From: an uncultured Micrococcaceae bacterium
Lineage (GTDB): Bacteria > Actinomycetota > Actinomycetes > Actinomycetales > Micrococcaceae
Direction: 5' to 3'
NCBI GenBank assembly: GCA_964476735.1
Contig: CAYZBX010000003.1
Location: forward strand, 1-41,975
DNA length: 41,975 nt
Shown here: positions 18,808 through 27,442 of the stretch, one piece after another
Position numbering within the stretch: the stretch's first letter is position 1
Layout of the letters: each line of letters starts with the position of its first letter
The notes under the pieces: model-generated
Seen by the model: only the letters and a program-made list of their open reading frames with translations
What the model was told of the DNA's origin: nothing
Database searches by the model: none
Position numbers and translations under genes: made by a program

Positions 18808-20612
18808 GTGCGGCGAAGAACCCGTGGCAGGGGGCGGGAGTCGGCGGCGCGCTGCGCGGCGGGCTGCGGTGGTTCAAGCGTCGCCGGAACCAGCGACGCC
18901 TCGCGGCAGCCGGTGCCGTCGTCGTCCTAGTTGGCGCGGCGGTGGCCACGTGGGACGGCCCGCTGGACTCGGACCGAGTGGTGGCGCTGGCGCCGGCCGC
19001 CGACGGGGACGGCAACCGGTTGGAGGGCGGCATCATTCGCTACGCCCACCTGCAGGAGCCGCCCTGCGTGTTCGGCGGCTGGATCCAGCAGGCGTTCACC
19101 GCCCGGCAGGTGCTGGACTCGCTGGTGCAGCAGACCGAGGACGGCTCGGTGGTCCCGTGGATCGCCGAATCCTGGGAACAGGCGGCGGACGGCAAGAGCT
19201 GGACATTCAGGCTGAAGGACGGGGTGAAGTTCACCGACGGTACGGACCTGGATGCCGCGGCGGTGGCCTACAACTTTGACTACTGGCAGGCCGGCGGCAA
19301 CGGCACCGTGCAGGCCCACATCGGCGAATACTACGACAGCGCCGACGTCGTCGACCGGCTTACGGTGCGCATCAACTTCAAGGAGCCGTTCTCGCCGTTC
19401 CTGCAGGCCCTCAGCCAGGGCTACTTCGGGTTGCAATCGCCGACGGCGTTGGAAACCCGCAGCGAGGACGAAAACTGCGAGCAGCCGATCGGTTCCGGCC
19501 CGTTCAAGGTGGTGGAGTGGAAGCGCGGCGAGAAGCTGGTGTACGAGCGCAACGACGAGTACAACTGGGCGCCTGCTAATGCCAAGCACCAGGGCCCGGC
19601 CTATGTGGCCGGCATCGAGTGGTCGTTCGTGCCGGACAACACCTCCCGCTACGGATCGCTGATCTCCGGGGAATCCGACGCCATCGGCGAGGTTCCGACG
19701 GTGGACTACGAGCGTGCCGGGGAGAAGTTCCAGACCACCCAGTACGTGACGCCCGGCCGCCCGGTGGTGCTATCCCTGAATACGGTCAACGGGCCGTTCA
19801 CGGACAAGCGCGTGCGGCAGGCGTTCGGTTACGCGACGGACCGGGTCAGCAACGTGGCCTCCGCGTTCCACGGGGTGGTGCCATACGAAGGCAACGGCAC
19901 GGTCAGTCAGACCACGCCCGGCTACAACGCCGAGGCAGCCAAGGCCTACCCCTACGACGCGGCCAAAGCGGAACAGCTGTTGGACGCGGCCGGCTGGACC
20001 GAACGCGCCGCCGACGGCACCCGCATCAAGGACGGCAAGGAATTGACGGTCAAGATCGTCTACGGGTTGAACTCGGTGATCACCCCGGAGGGCAACACCG
20101 CGCTGCAGAACCTGCAGGAGCAGGCCAAGGAGAGCGGCTTCAAGGTGAACTTGCGGCCGGTCCCGCTCTCCGAGCTTTTCTCCGGGACATTCTCCGACCC
20201 GATGGCCTACGACGCGCAGCTGGGGTATTGGACCTCGCCGCACGCCGGAATCCTGCACATCAACTACCGCCCGCACCTGCCGGAGCACCCGAACTACGCC
20301 AACACCACGTTCTACAACAACGAGGAGATCTACGAAACGATCCGCAAGGGCAACTCGGCCCGAACCCCCGAGGAGGCACACAAGCACTACCGCAAGGCGC
20401 AGCAGGAACTGACGGACGAGGCGACGGCGCTGGGGCTGTACACGCAGACTTCCACGCTGGCGGTCCACCCGGACCTGCGTGACGTCTGGCTGGAAGCATC
20501 CCAAGGCGAACCGGTCTTCCACGACGCCTACTTTGTGCAACCCGGGACCGGTTCCGTGAACGACGCGGCGGCTGAGGTTGAGGCTGTCGCACAGAAAGGT
20601 GGCACCAAATGA
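18804..20612 (+). CDS. ABC transporter substrate-binding protein, family 5 (Opp/Dpp-like)
   Basis: W.AESWE...DGKSWTF.LKDGVKF.DGT.LDA.AV..NF, PIGSGPF, D.RVRQA, YD..KA..LLD.AGW. Confidence 0.93.
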   Translation: MSAAKNPWQGAGVGGALRGGLRWFKRRRNQRRLAAAGAVVVLVGAAVATWDGPLDSDRVVALAPAADGDGNRLEGGIIRYAHLQEPPCVFGGWIQQAFTARQVLDSLVQQTEDGSVVPWIAESWEQAADGKSWTFRLKDGVKFTDGTDLDAAAVAYNFDYWQAGGNGTVQAHIGEYYDSADVVDRLTVRINFKEPFSPFLQALSQGYFGLQSPTALETRSEDENCEQPIGSGPFKVVEWKRGEKLVYERNDEYNWAPANAKHQGPAYVAGIEWSFVPDNTSRYGSLISGESDAIGEVPTVDYERAGEKFQTTQYVTPGRPVVLSLNTVNGPFTDKRVRQAFGYATDRVSNVASAFHGVVPYEGNGTVSQTTPGYNAEAAKAYPYDAAKAEQLLDAAGWTERAADGTRIKDGKELTVKIVYGLNSVITPEGNTALQNLQEQAKESGFKVNLRPVPLSELFSGTFSDPMAYDAQLGYWTSPHAGILHINYRPHLPEHPNYANTTFYNNEEIYETIRKGNSARTPEEAHKHYRKAQQELTDEATALGLYTQTSTLAVHPDLRDVWLEASQGEPVFHDAYFVQPGTGSVNDAAAEVEAVAQKGGTK

Positions 20613-21655
20613 GTGCGACGCTGGATGACACGCTGGCCCAACAGACCCAGCTGAATCCGGAACAGCCCGGAGCCGCGCAGCAGTTGGCTGCCGAACGTCG
20701 CGGGCGACTGAGGCAAGGGCTGCGCCGCTTCGCCGGCCGGCTGGCCGGTTCGGTCCTGGTGGTGTGGGCGGCCGCGACCATCACGTTCCTGATTCAGGCG
20801 CTGCTGCCCGGCGACCGGGCGACGCTGCTGCTGAACACCCTGACCGGGCAGATCCAGGAACGAACCCCGGAGGAGCTGGCACCGATCAACGAGAAGTTCG
20901 GCTTCGACGAACCGCTCGTCGTGCAGTACCTGAACTTCCTCGGCGGACTGCTCAAGGGCGACCTCGGGATCTCCTTCCAGCTCTACAAGCCGGTCACGGA
21001 CGTGATCGGTGAGCAGGTGGGCCCGACGCTGCTGCTGACCTTTGCCGCCTTGGTGGTGGCCTGGGTGCTGGCGTTGCTGGTCCAGGTGGCCACGGTGCAC
21101 CGCGTCGGCTGGGTGGAGCGGTTGTTCTCCGGGTTCGAGGCGCTGGCCGCGGCGATGCCGCAATACCTCATCGGTGTGGTGCTACTGGTGACCCTCGGGG
21201 TGGGGCTGGGCTGGTTCCCCGTGGTTTCCGGGCAGGGCCTGGCCGGGTTGATCCTGCCGGCGCTGACCCTTGGCATCCCGCTGGCCGGGTTCCTAGGACA
21301 GACGATCCGTACCGAGTTCAAACGCACCCTCGAGCAGCCGTTCATTCTGTCCGCGCGGGCCCGCGGCGGCTCCGACACCGGGGTGCGGATCAAGCACGCG
21401 GTTCGGCACTCCGTGCTGCCCGGGCTGACCCTGACCGGGTGGGCCGTGGGCGCGCTGATCTCCGGGGCGGTGATCGCCGAGTCGGTGTTCAGCCGACCGG
21501 GCTTGGGCCGGGTGCTGGTGACCGCGGTGAACTCCCGGGACCTGCCGGTGGTGTGCGGGCTGGTGATTCTGGTGGCGGTCATCTACGTGGTGGCCAACCT
21601 TGTGGTGGATACCGTCTACCAGCTGGTGGACCCGCGGCTGCAGGACCGCCAGTAG
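20609..21655 (+). CDS. ABC transporter permease (DppB/OppB-like)
   Basis: LLPGD, QYL.FL..LL.GDLG.S, LILPALTL, ARARG, E.VFSRPGLG, RDLPVV, DPR. Confidence 0.93.
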   Translation: MSATLDDTLAQQTQLNPEQPGAAQQLAAERRGRLRQGLRRFAGRLAGSVLVVWAAATITFLIQALLPGDRATLLLNTLTGQIQERTPEELAPINEKFGFDEPLVVQYLNFLGGLLKGDLGISFQLYKPVTDVIGEQVGPTLLLTFAALVVAWVLALLVQVATVHRVGWVERLFSGFEALAAAMPQYLIGVVLLVTLGVGLGWFPVVSGQGLAGLILPALTLGIPLAGFLGQTIRTEFKRTLEQPFILSARARGGSDTGVRIKHAVRHSVLPGLTLTGWAVGALISGAVIAESVFSRPGLGRVLVTAVNSRDLPVVCGLVILVAVIYVVANLVVDTVYQLVDPRLQDRQ

Positions 21656-21687
21656 TGGCGCAGGACGAGAGAAGAAGTGAGTAAAAG

Positions 21688-22623
21688 ATGAGTGTGACGA
21701 CAAAAACTGCGCCCGACGGGGCGGCGGTCCGCCAGACCGAGCCGAACCAACCTCAAACCTTCGCCGGCCCGGCGGCGCCGGCGCTGACCCGGCCCCGCCC
21801 GCTGCTGGCCGGATTCGGGCGCCTGCCGTGGCAGGGGGTGGTCTCCGCCGCAGTGCTGGCGTTCTTTGCGCTGGCCGCAGTGGTGCCGCAGCTGCTCGCG
21901 ACGCATTCGCCGTGGGCCATCGATCTGAACGCGGCGCTGCAGGCCCCGAGCCTCGAGCACTGGTTCGGGACGGACCAGTCCGGCCGGGACCTGTACTCCC
22001 GGGTGATCTACGGTTCCCGGGAGGCGCTGTTGATCGGCCTGGGCGCAACCGGGATCGCCATCGGCCTCGGGTTCGTGCTCGGCGTGGCCGCCGGGTTGGG
22101 CAACCGGTGGGTGGACGCCGTCGTCAGCCGCGGACTGGAGGTGCTGTTCGCCTTCCCGGTGCTGCTGCTGGCCATGCTGTTCCTGACGATTTACGGGCCG
22201 AGCGCGCAGACGCTGATCTTGGCGGTGGGCCTGAGCTCCGCGCCGGGTTACGCGCGCATGGTCCGTGGCCAGGTGTTGGCGGTGCGGCACTCCGGTTACG
22301 TGCAGGCGGCGCAGCTGCTGGGGCATCCACCGCTGACGGTGCTACGCCAGCACATCGTGCCGAACGCGGTCCGGCCGCTGGTTGCGGTGATCACCCTGGG
22401 CATCGGCCAGTCCATTGTCTGGGCCTCTGGGCTGGCGTTCCTCGGCTTAGGCATCGCCCCGCCGTCGCCGGAGTGGGGCGCGCTGCTGGACGCGGGCCGG
22501 CCCTACATCCTGCACGCCTGGTGGCTGGAAGTCATGCCGGGCATCGCCATCCTGGCGGTGGCGCTGGCCGCGACCGGACTGGGGAATTTCATCCAAAACA
22601 GCTTCGAAGGGAAGAACCGATGA
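21688..22623 (+). CDS. ABC transporter permease (DppC/OppC-like)
   Basis: PS.EHWFGTDQ.GRD.YSRVIYG.R, YARMVR, H.VPN, L.FLGLG..PP.PEWG.LL. Confidence 0.93.
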   Translation: MSVTTKTAPDGAAVRQTEPNQPQTFAGPAAPALTRPRPLLAGFGRLPWQGVVSAAVLAFFALAAVVPQLLATHSPWAIDLNAALQAPSLEHWFGTDQSGRDLYSRVIYGSREALLIGLGATGIAIGLGFVLGVAAGLGNRWVDAVVSRGLEVLFAFPVLLLAMLFLTIYGPSAQTLILAVGLSSAPGYARMVRGQVLAVRHSGYVQAAQLLGHPPLTVLRQHIVPNAVRPLVAVITLGIGQSIVWASGLAFLGLGIAPPSPEWGALLDAGRPYILHAWWLEVMPGIAILAVALAATGLGNFIQNSFEGKNR

Positions 22624-24389
22624 GCACCAAACTAATCGAGGCGGGGGCCGAGACGACGACGCAGCCAGATGGGGCCGGGCAGGTCAAGGACAAGCTGCTG
22701 ATCGACGTTCAGAACCTGAACGTGTCCTTCCCAAGCACGGGTGTGCACCGCTGGCGCAGCCGCCGCCCGGAGCACCAGTGGGTGGTGAAGAACGTCAGCC
22801 TGCAGCTGCGCCCGGGCGAGTGCCTGGCGCTGGTGGGCGAGTCCGGCTCCGGCAAGTCCGTGACGGCCCGCTCGCTGGTGGGGTTGAGCGGGCGGACCGC
22901 GCGGCTGCGTGCCGACGAGTTGCGGGTGTTGGGCCACGACGCGACCGAGCTGCGGGAGGCGCAGTGGCGCCAGCTGCGCGGCGCGCAGATCGGCTACATC
23001 CTGCAGGATGCGCTGGTCTCACTGGATCCATTGCGGCCGGTGGGCAAGGAGATCGCCGAAACGCTGGCGCTGCACGGCTGGGAGGATCCGCGGCAGCGGC
23101 ACGAGCGGGTCATCGAGCTGCTCGCCCAGCTGGATGTGCCGGAACCAGAACTGCGGGCCCGGCAGCGCTCCGGAGAACTCTCCGGCGGGCTGCGCCAGCG
23201 CGCGCTGATCGCGGCCGCCGTCGCGCTGGAACCCCAGCTGGTGATTGCCGATGAGCCCACCACGGCGTTGGACGCCACGGTGCAGGCGCAGGTGGTGGAG
23301 ATCCTGACGCAGATGAAGCACCGCGGCACCGGCACGCTGCTGATCAGCCACGACTTCTCCGTCGTCGGATCGCTGGCGGACCACGTAGCCGTGATGCAGA
23401 ACGGGGCGATCGTGGAGCAGGGACCGGTGGAGCAAGTGCTGAACGATCCGCAGCACGCCTACACCCGCCGGTTGCTGGAGGCGATCCCATCGGGCAAGAC
23501 CAAGGGCGTGTACCTGACTCAGGAGGCGCGCGAGCGCGAGCTGGAACGCAGCGCGGGACAAGAGGGGGAGCCGGCGGCCGAAGCACCCGTGCGGGTTGAC
23601 GACGGCGGGGCAGGCGATGCGCAGCCGGTGATCACCGCCCGGGACCTGATCAAGAGCTACCGCGGCCCGGACGGGCGGCGGCGCACCGTCGTCAAGGGCG
23701 TCAGCTTTGAGCTGTTTGCTGGGCAGACGCTCGGCATTGTGGGCGAGTCCGGTTCCGGCAAGAGCACCACGGCCTCGATCGTGCTGGGCTTGGAGAAGCC
23801 CGACTCGGGGACGGTGCAGTTTGACGGCGAGGAGTGGAGCTCGCTGTCCGTGGCGCAGCGTCGCCCACGCCGCCGGGAGTTGACGGTGGTGTACCAAGAC
23901 CCGCTGTCCTCCTTTGACCCGCGTTGGGCGGCGGAGCGGATCCTGACCGATGCGTTGGATGCCGACGAGTTTCCGACGCGGGCGGCGCGGAAACGGCGGG
24001 CTGCAGAGTTGGCCGAACGCGTCGGACTGTCCGCCGAGCACCTGTCCAAACACCCGTTGGCGCTCTCCGGCGGGCAGCGGCAGCGCTTGGCGATCGCCCG
24101 GGCGTTGGCGCCGAACCCGCGCGTGGTGGTGCTGAATGAAGCGGTCTCAGCGCTGGATGTCTCCGTGCAGGCTCAGGTGCTGGATCTGATCACGGATCTG
24201 CAGCGCAACACCGGGGTGGCCTTCCTGTTCATCTCCCACGACTTGGGCGTCATCCATCACATGAGTGATCACATCCTGGTGATGAAGGATGGCCGGGTGT
24301 TGGAGGCCGGGGACGCCGAAGAGGTGTTCACGAACCCGCAGCACGAATACACGCGAGAGCTGATCGCCGCCTCCGCGCCGGGACTGTAG
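22620..24389 (+). CDS. ABC transporter ATP-binding protein with two fused NBDs (DppD/F-like)
   Basis: Two Walker A GESGSGKS; signatures LSGGLRQR and LSGGQRQR; Walker B IADEP and VLNEA. True start is the ATG at 22620, overlapping the permease stop. Confidence 0.93.
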   Translation: MSTKLIEAGAETTTQPDGAGQVKDKLLIDVQNLNVSFPSTGVHRWRSRRPEHQWVVKNVSLQLRPGECLALVGESGSGKSVTARSLVGLSGRTARLRADELRVLGHDATELREAQWRQLRGAQIGYILQDALVSLDPLRPVGKEIAETLALHGWEDPRQRHERVIELLAQLDVPEPELRARQRSGELSGGLRQRALIAAAVALEPQLVIADEPTTALDATVQAQVVEILTQMKHRGTGTLLISHDFSVVGSLADHVAVMQNGAIVEQGPVEQVLNDPQHAYTRRLLEAIPSGKTKGVYLTQEARERELERSAGQEGEPAAEAPVRVDDGGAGDAQPVITARDLIKSYRGPDGRRRTVVKGVSFELFAGQTLGIVGESGSGKSTTASIVLGLEKPDSGTVQFDGEEWSSLSVAQRRPRRRELTVVYQDPLSSFDPRWAAERILTDALDADEFPTRAARKRRAAELAERVGLSAEHLSKHPLALSGGQRQRLAIARALAPNPRVVVLNEAVSALDVSVQAQVLDLITDLQRNTGVAFLFISHDLGVIHHMSDHILVMKDGRVLEAGDAEEVFTNPQHEYTRELIAASAPGL

Positions 24390-24400
24390 GAACTGCTGGT

Positions 24401-24477
24401 GGAAAGGTGCATGCAGGGCAACAAGGCGGGTGTGCCGACCGGCATTTCTCAGCTGGGTTGCTCTCATGCATCTTTCC
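24401..24477. repeat. Long imperfect inverted repeat (terminator or REP/MITE-like hairpin)
   Basis: GGAAAGGTGCATGCAGGGCAAC (24401-24422) pairs with GTTGCTCTCATGCATCTTTCC (24457-24477); inner TGCCG/CGGCA hairpin. Confidence 0.6.
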
Positions 24478-24511
24478 GTCCCGGCGGGTGTTGTGACGGC
24501 TAAGCCGCTGA

Positions 24512-24724
24512 GTGCACGGCTGCTGCCGCTTCACTTTCGGTGGCGAAGTCAGGCCGCTGCGTGAGGTGTCCGACTCGTACGTCCTCGTTTTGTCTATCGA
24601 AAGCTGGACGCATTTCAACGGTTGGTTCGGCGATGCCGGTAACTTCGAAGTGTGGATGCGTGCCAGCGATGTGCGCGAACGACGTTTTGACCGGGCATGG
24701 TGCATGAGCCGCACCGACCACTAG
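24512..24724 (+). pseudogene. C-terminal remnant of a DUF1963 (YwqG-like) gene
   Basis: YVLVLSIESW...WFGDAGNFEVWMRASDVRERRFDRAW resembles the DUF1963 C-terminal motif (LL.L.S...W/FGD.G....I...DL....FD.AW). An in-frame TGA lies immediately upstream and there is no RBS. Confidence 0.55.
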
Positions 24725-24761
24725 AGGGTGCGCTGCCGGGCCGGCTCGGGGCAGCGCATGG

Positions 24762-25463
24762 TTACTTCCGCCAGTGGTGCAGCAGGTAGCCGTAACTCAG
24801 GTGTGTGCGCTCCGGGTGGGCGGCGAGCCACGCATCGGCGACGTCGGCCGGGAACTCGAGGCGGAGCACCGACTCCATGCCCGCCCGGGAATCGAACCGC
24901 CAAGAGCTCATCACCGGGTGGGTGGTGGCACCCTGCCGTTGCCACCAGTCGGTGGCGTAGGTGTCTTGCCCCTGCTGTTCGGCCCACGGGCTGTTGCGCA
25001 GCAGCTCCGCGAATTCCCCCTCTTGAGTGTCGTTGTCGATGACGATGAGGGAGCCGCCGGTTCGCAGCACCCGGGAGACCTCGGCCAAACCCGCGGAGGG
25101 GTCGAAGCCCGGGTGCGGGAAGAAGTAGGCGAAGCGGGCGTGGACCACATCCACGGACGCGTCGGCCAGCGGCAGGTGTTCGGCGGAACCGGACAGAACG
25201 GTCGCCCCGCCCGGGCGGGCACGGGCCAGTCCGATGAGGCTGGCGTCCGGCTCGACGCCGATGACTTGGGCGGCTTCGTGGTATTTCGGCAACCAGTAGC
25301 CGGAGCCGCAGCCCAGATCCAGCAGGGTCTTGCCCCGCCATCGGGCGAGCCGCTGCAAGCGGTTCCACATGATGCCGTCCCGGTCGATGGCCCGGTTCTC
25401 GATCTCGTAGATCTCCGGGGCTGCGGCCTGGTTGCCGGAGGGGACAAAGTCAGGGAATTCCAC
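24762..25463 (-). CDS. Class I SAM-dependent methyltransferase (Methyltransf_11)
   Basis: LLDLGCGSG, VIGVEP, GSAE.LPL.D.SVDVV, EV.RVLR.GG. Confidence 0.9.
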   Translation of the reverse strand: MEFPDFVPSGNQAAAPEIYEIENRAIDRDGIMWNRLQRLARWRGKTLLDLGCGSGYWLPKYHEAAQVIGVEPDASLIGLARARPGGATVLSGSAEHLPLADASVDVVHARFAYFFPHPGFDPSAGLAEVSRVLRTGGSLIVIDNDTQEGEFAELLRNSPWAEQQGQDTYATDWWQRQGATTHPVMSSWRFDSRAGMESVLRLEFPADVADAWLAAHPERTHLSYGYLLHHWRK

Positions 25464-25530
25464 GTGCGGCTCCTGCTGGCTGGGGCGGGGTCACGTTAAA
25501 GACTCTACGGCAGATGGCGGTTAAGGGTCA

Positions 25531-25601
25531 TAGCCCCGGCGCACACGACCCGTCCAAAGGGGATCGGACAGAGAAACAAGGGTCGTGTGGCGCCGGGGCT
25601 A
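25531..25601 (-). terminator. Long hairpin downstream of the oxidase gene
   Basis: TAGCCCCGGCGCACACGACCC / GGGTCGTGTGGCGCCGGGGCTA, about 21 bp of stem with one bulge. Confidence 0.6.
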
Positions 25602-25637
25602 CGGGGTTGGTTATTCAGTTATGGGTTCGGTGACCGC

Positions 25638-26852
25638 TCAGAGCTTGGCCCACTTGCGGTTCCACGAGCCGGTCTCCGCGTACCAGTCGTAGATGTTGTC
25701 GTGCTCGTTGGTGAAGCGGTTCGGGTTCAGGTGGTCGATGTTGTAGCTGGTGGATTCCTTCTCCACCAGGTCCGCGACGATTTCACCCATGACCGGGGAG
25801 ACCATGAAGCCGTAGCCGGAGAAGCCGGTGGCCAGCACCACGCGGCCGGACGGCCCGTAGTTGCCGACAAGGGCCTCGTAATCAACGGTCCAGCCGTCGA
25901 CCAGCTTGACCGAGCGCATCGGGGCGTCCTGCAGGCCGACAAAGCGCTCGCGGGCCATCATGCGGATGCCGTCCAGATCCTCCGGGACAACCTTGAAGTC
26001 GGTCTGTTCGATCTCGTCCACCAGACCCCAGTTGAAGTCGCCGCCGATCTTCACGTACGGGCGGTCCAGCGATGGCGCACCGTAGATCATCTCGCCGCGG
26101 CGGTGTGGGATGGAGCCGTGGAAGGCCGGGAAGTCTGGAGCCGAGTAGGCGTCCATGTACTCCGGTTCCGGGGCGAACCAGCCCATGACGAGGCGGCGGA
26201 CGCGGATCGGCAGGTGGGGCAGCAGCTCGGCGATGTACGCGCCGGGGGTGACCACCAGCTTCTCCACGGTGTATTCCTTGTCCCGGGTGAAGATACGCAC
26301 GCGGTCGGTTTCGATGGCCCAGCCGTGGACCTTGGCGCCGGTGACAACCTGGGCGCCGAGCTTCATCGCGGCGTTGACGGCGGTAGTGACGGCCATCTCT
26401 GAGCGGACGGCGCCGCCCTGTTCGTCGAAGACGCCGAGGCCGTCGTCCATGGTGCGGAACAGCGGGAACTTCTCCCGCATCGCCTTGGCGTCGTGCACGT
26501 TGCGGTCGTTGCCGTCGCGGCGGCGGGCGTTCTCCGCCACCACTTGGAATTCCTCGTCGCCGGCGGAACCGAAGCACAGCACGCCGGTTTCCAGCAGCAC
26601 GTTGGACTTGGTTTCCTTCTGGAACTGCTTCCAGGCCGGCATGATGTTCTCCAGGATCTCGTGATCCGGGGAACCCTCGGGGGTGAAGGGGAGTGGGTGC
26701 AGCAGGCGGTGCTCGCCGGCGTGGCCGGAGCGCTCGTTCGGGGTCCAGTGCTGCTCGAGGCCGAGGACCTTGATGCCTCGCTTGGCCATTTGGTACATGG
26801 CCTGTGCGCCGTTGGCGCCAAGACCGATGACTGCTACCTGTGCGTCAAACAT
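25638..26852 (-). CDS. FAD-dependent amine oxidase, monomeric sarcosine oxidase / N-methyltryptophan oxidase (SolA) family
   Basis: VAVIGLGANG, HAGEHR, TG.L, LVVTPGA, GFSG.GF..SP..GEI.ADL. Substrate uncertain (see findings). Confidence 0.85.
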   Translation of the reverse strand: MFDAQVAVIGLGANGAQAMYQMAKRGIKVLGLEQHWTPNERSGHAGEHRLLHPLPFTPEGSPDHEILENIMPAWKQFQKETKSNVLLETGVLCFGSAGDEEFQVVAENARRRDGNDRNVHDAKAMREKFPLFRTMDDGLGVFDEQGGAVRSEMAVTTAVNAAMKLGAQVVTGAKVHGWAIETDRVRIFTRDKEYTVEKLVVTPGAYIAELLPHLPIRVRRLVMGWFAPEPEYMDAYSAPDFPAFHGSIPHRRGEMIYGAPSLDRPYVKIGGDFNWGLVDEIEQTDFKVVPEDLDGIRMMARERFVGLQDAPMRSVKLVDGWTVDYEALVGNYGPSGRVVLATGFSGYGFMVSPVMGEIVADLVEKESTSYNIDHLNPNRFTNEHDNIYDWYAETGSWNRKWAKL

Positions 26853-26886
26853 GTGTCTGCCTTTCTTCTGCGGTGCGGTCAGGGCC

Positions 26887-27219
26887 TTAGTCGGCCAGGA
26901 CGGAAAGCTTGGTGAATGGGAAGGTGAAGGTCCAGGTGGAGTTCAGGCCCTTGTCGAAGGAGGCGACGTCGCCTTCCTTCAGCGAGACGGTCTCGCCGCC
27001 TTCGATCTCGATCTCCACGGCGCCTTCCAACACGTGGATGATCTCTTCGCGCAGGAACGGGTAAGGGGCGACCTGCGGCATGTTGGATTCGTTGGCGCGC
27101 CAGAAGGAGACGCGGTCTTCCTTGATCCAGGCGAACTCACCGGCGGACAGGGAGGGATCGGCCGGGTGAGGGAATGGCTGGAACTGGGCGGTCTCGAGGT
27201 TGCCGACGTAGTGCTGCAT
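26887..27219 (-). CDS. Cupin-domain protein (EutQ-like / DUF861)
   Basis: EEIIHVLEG.VEI...GG..V.L..GD.A.F.KG...TW..TFPF.K; AGGAG RBS. Confidence 0.85.
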   Translation of the reverse strand: MQHYVGNLETAQFQPFPHPADPSLSAGEFAWIKEDRVSFWRANESNMPQVAPYPFLREEIIHVLEGAVEIEIEGGETVSLKEGDVASFDKGLNSTWTFTFPFTKLSVLAD

Positions 27220-27392
27220 TTAGTTTCTCCTGTAAATGAGGGGTGGACACTTTCCTGAGTTGATGTATCCAGTGTGGCTTAGCGCACAGTGCAGAAGCTT
27301 TAACGTGCGCGCACGGGGTTTGTCTACAAGTGGCGAAAATAAAACGGTGAAGCCCGGGCTGCGAGGGTCGCTAATATTTCCTGCTGGCGGTA

Positions 27393-27412
27393 TCATCACC
27401 AATGAGTTATGA
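27393..27412. promoter_or_regulatory. Candidate ArsR/SmtB operator
   Basis: Imperfect palindrome TCATCAC-CAATGA-GTTATGA about 30 bp upstream of the ArsR start. Confidence 0.4.
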
Positions 27413-27442
27413 ATTTTGGCAGTGACATGGAGTGAGCCTGTG

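Noticed and set aside
25638-26852. Calling the oxidase the missing sarcosine oxidase (solA/soxA)
   Set aside because: Carboxylate-binding residues and the flavinylation Cys are substituted, and the betaine operator motif is absent upstream; kept as a family-level call only.
27220-27402. 60-aa ORF upstream of the cupin gene
   Set aside because: Covers an AT-rich divergent promoter region, with atypical codon usage and no clear RBS.
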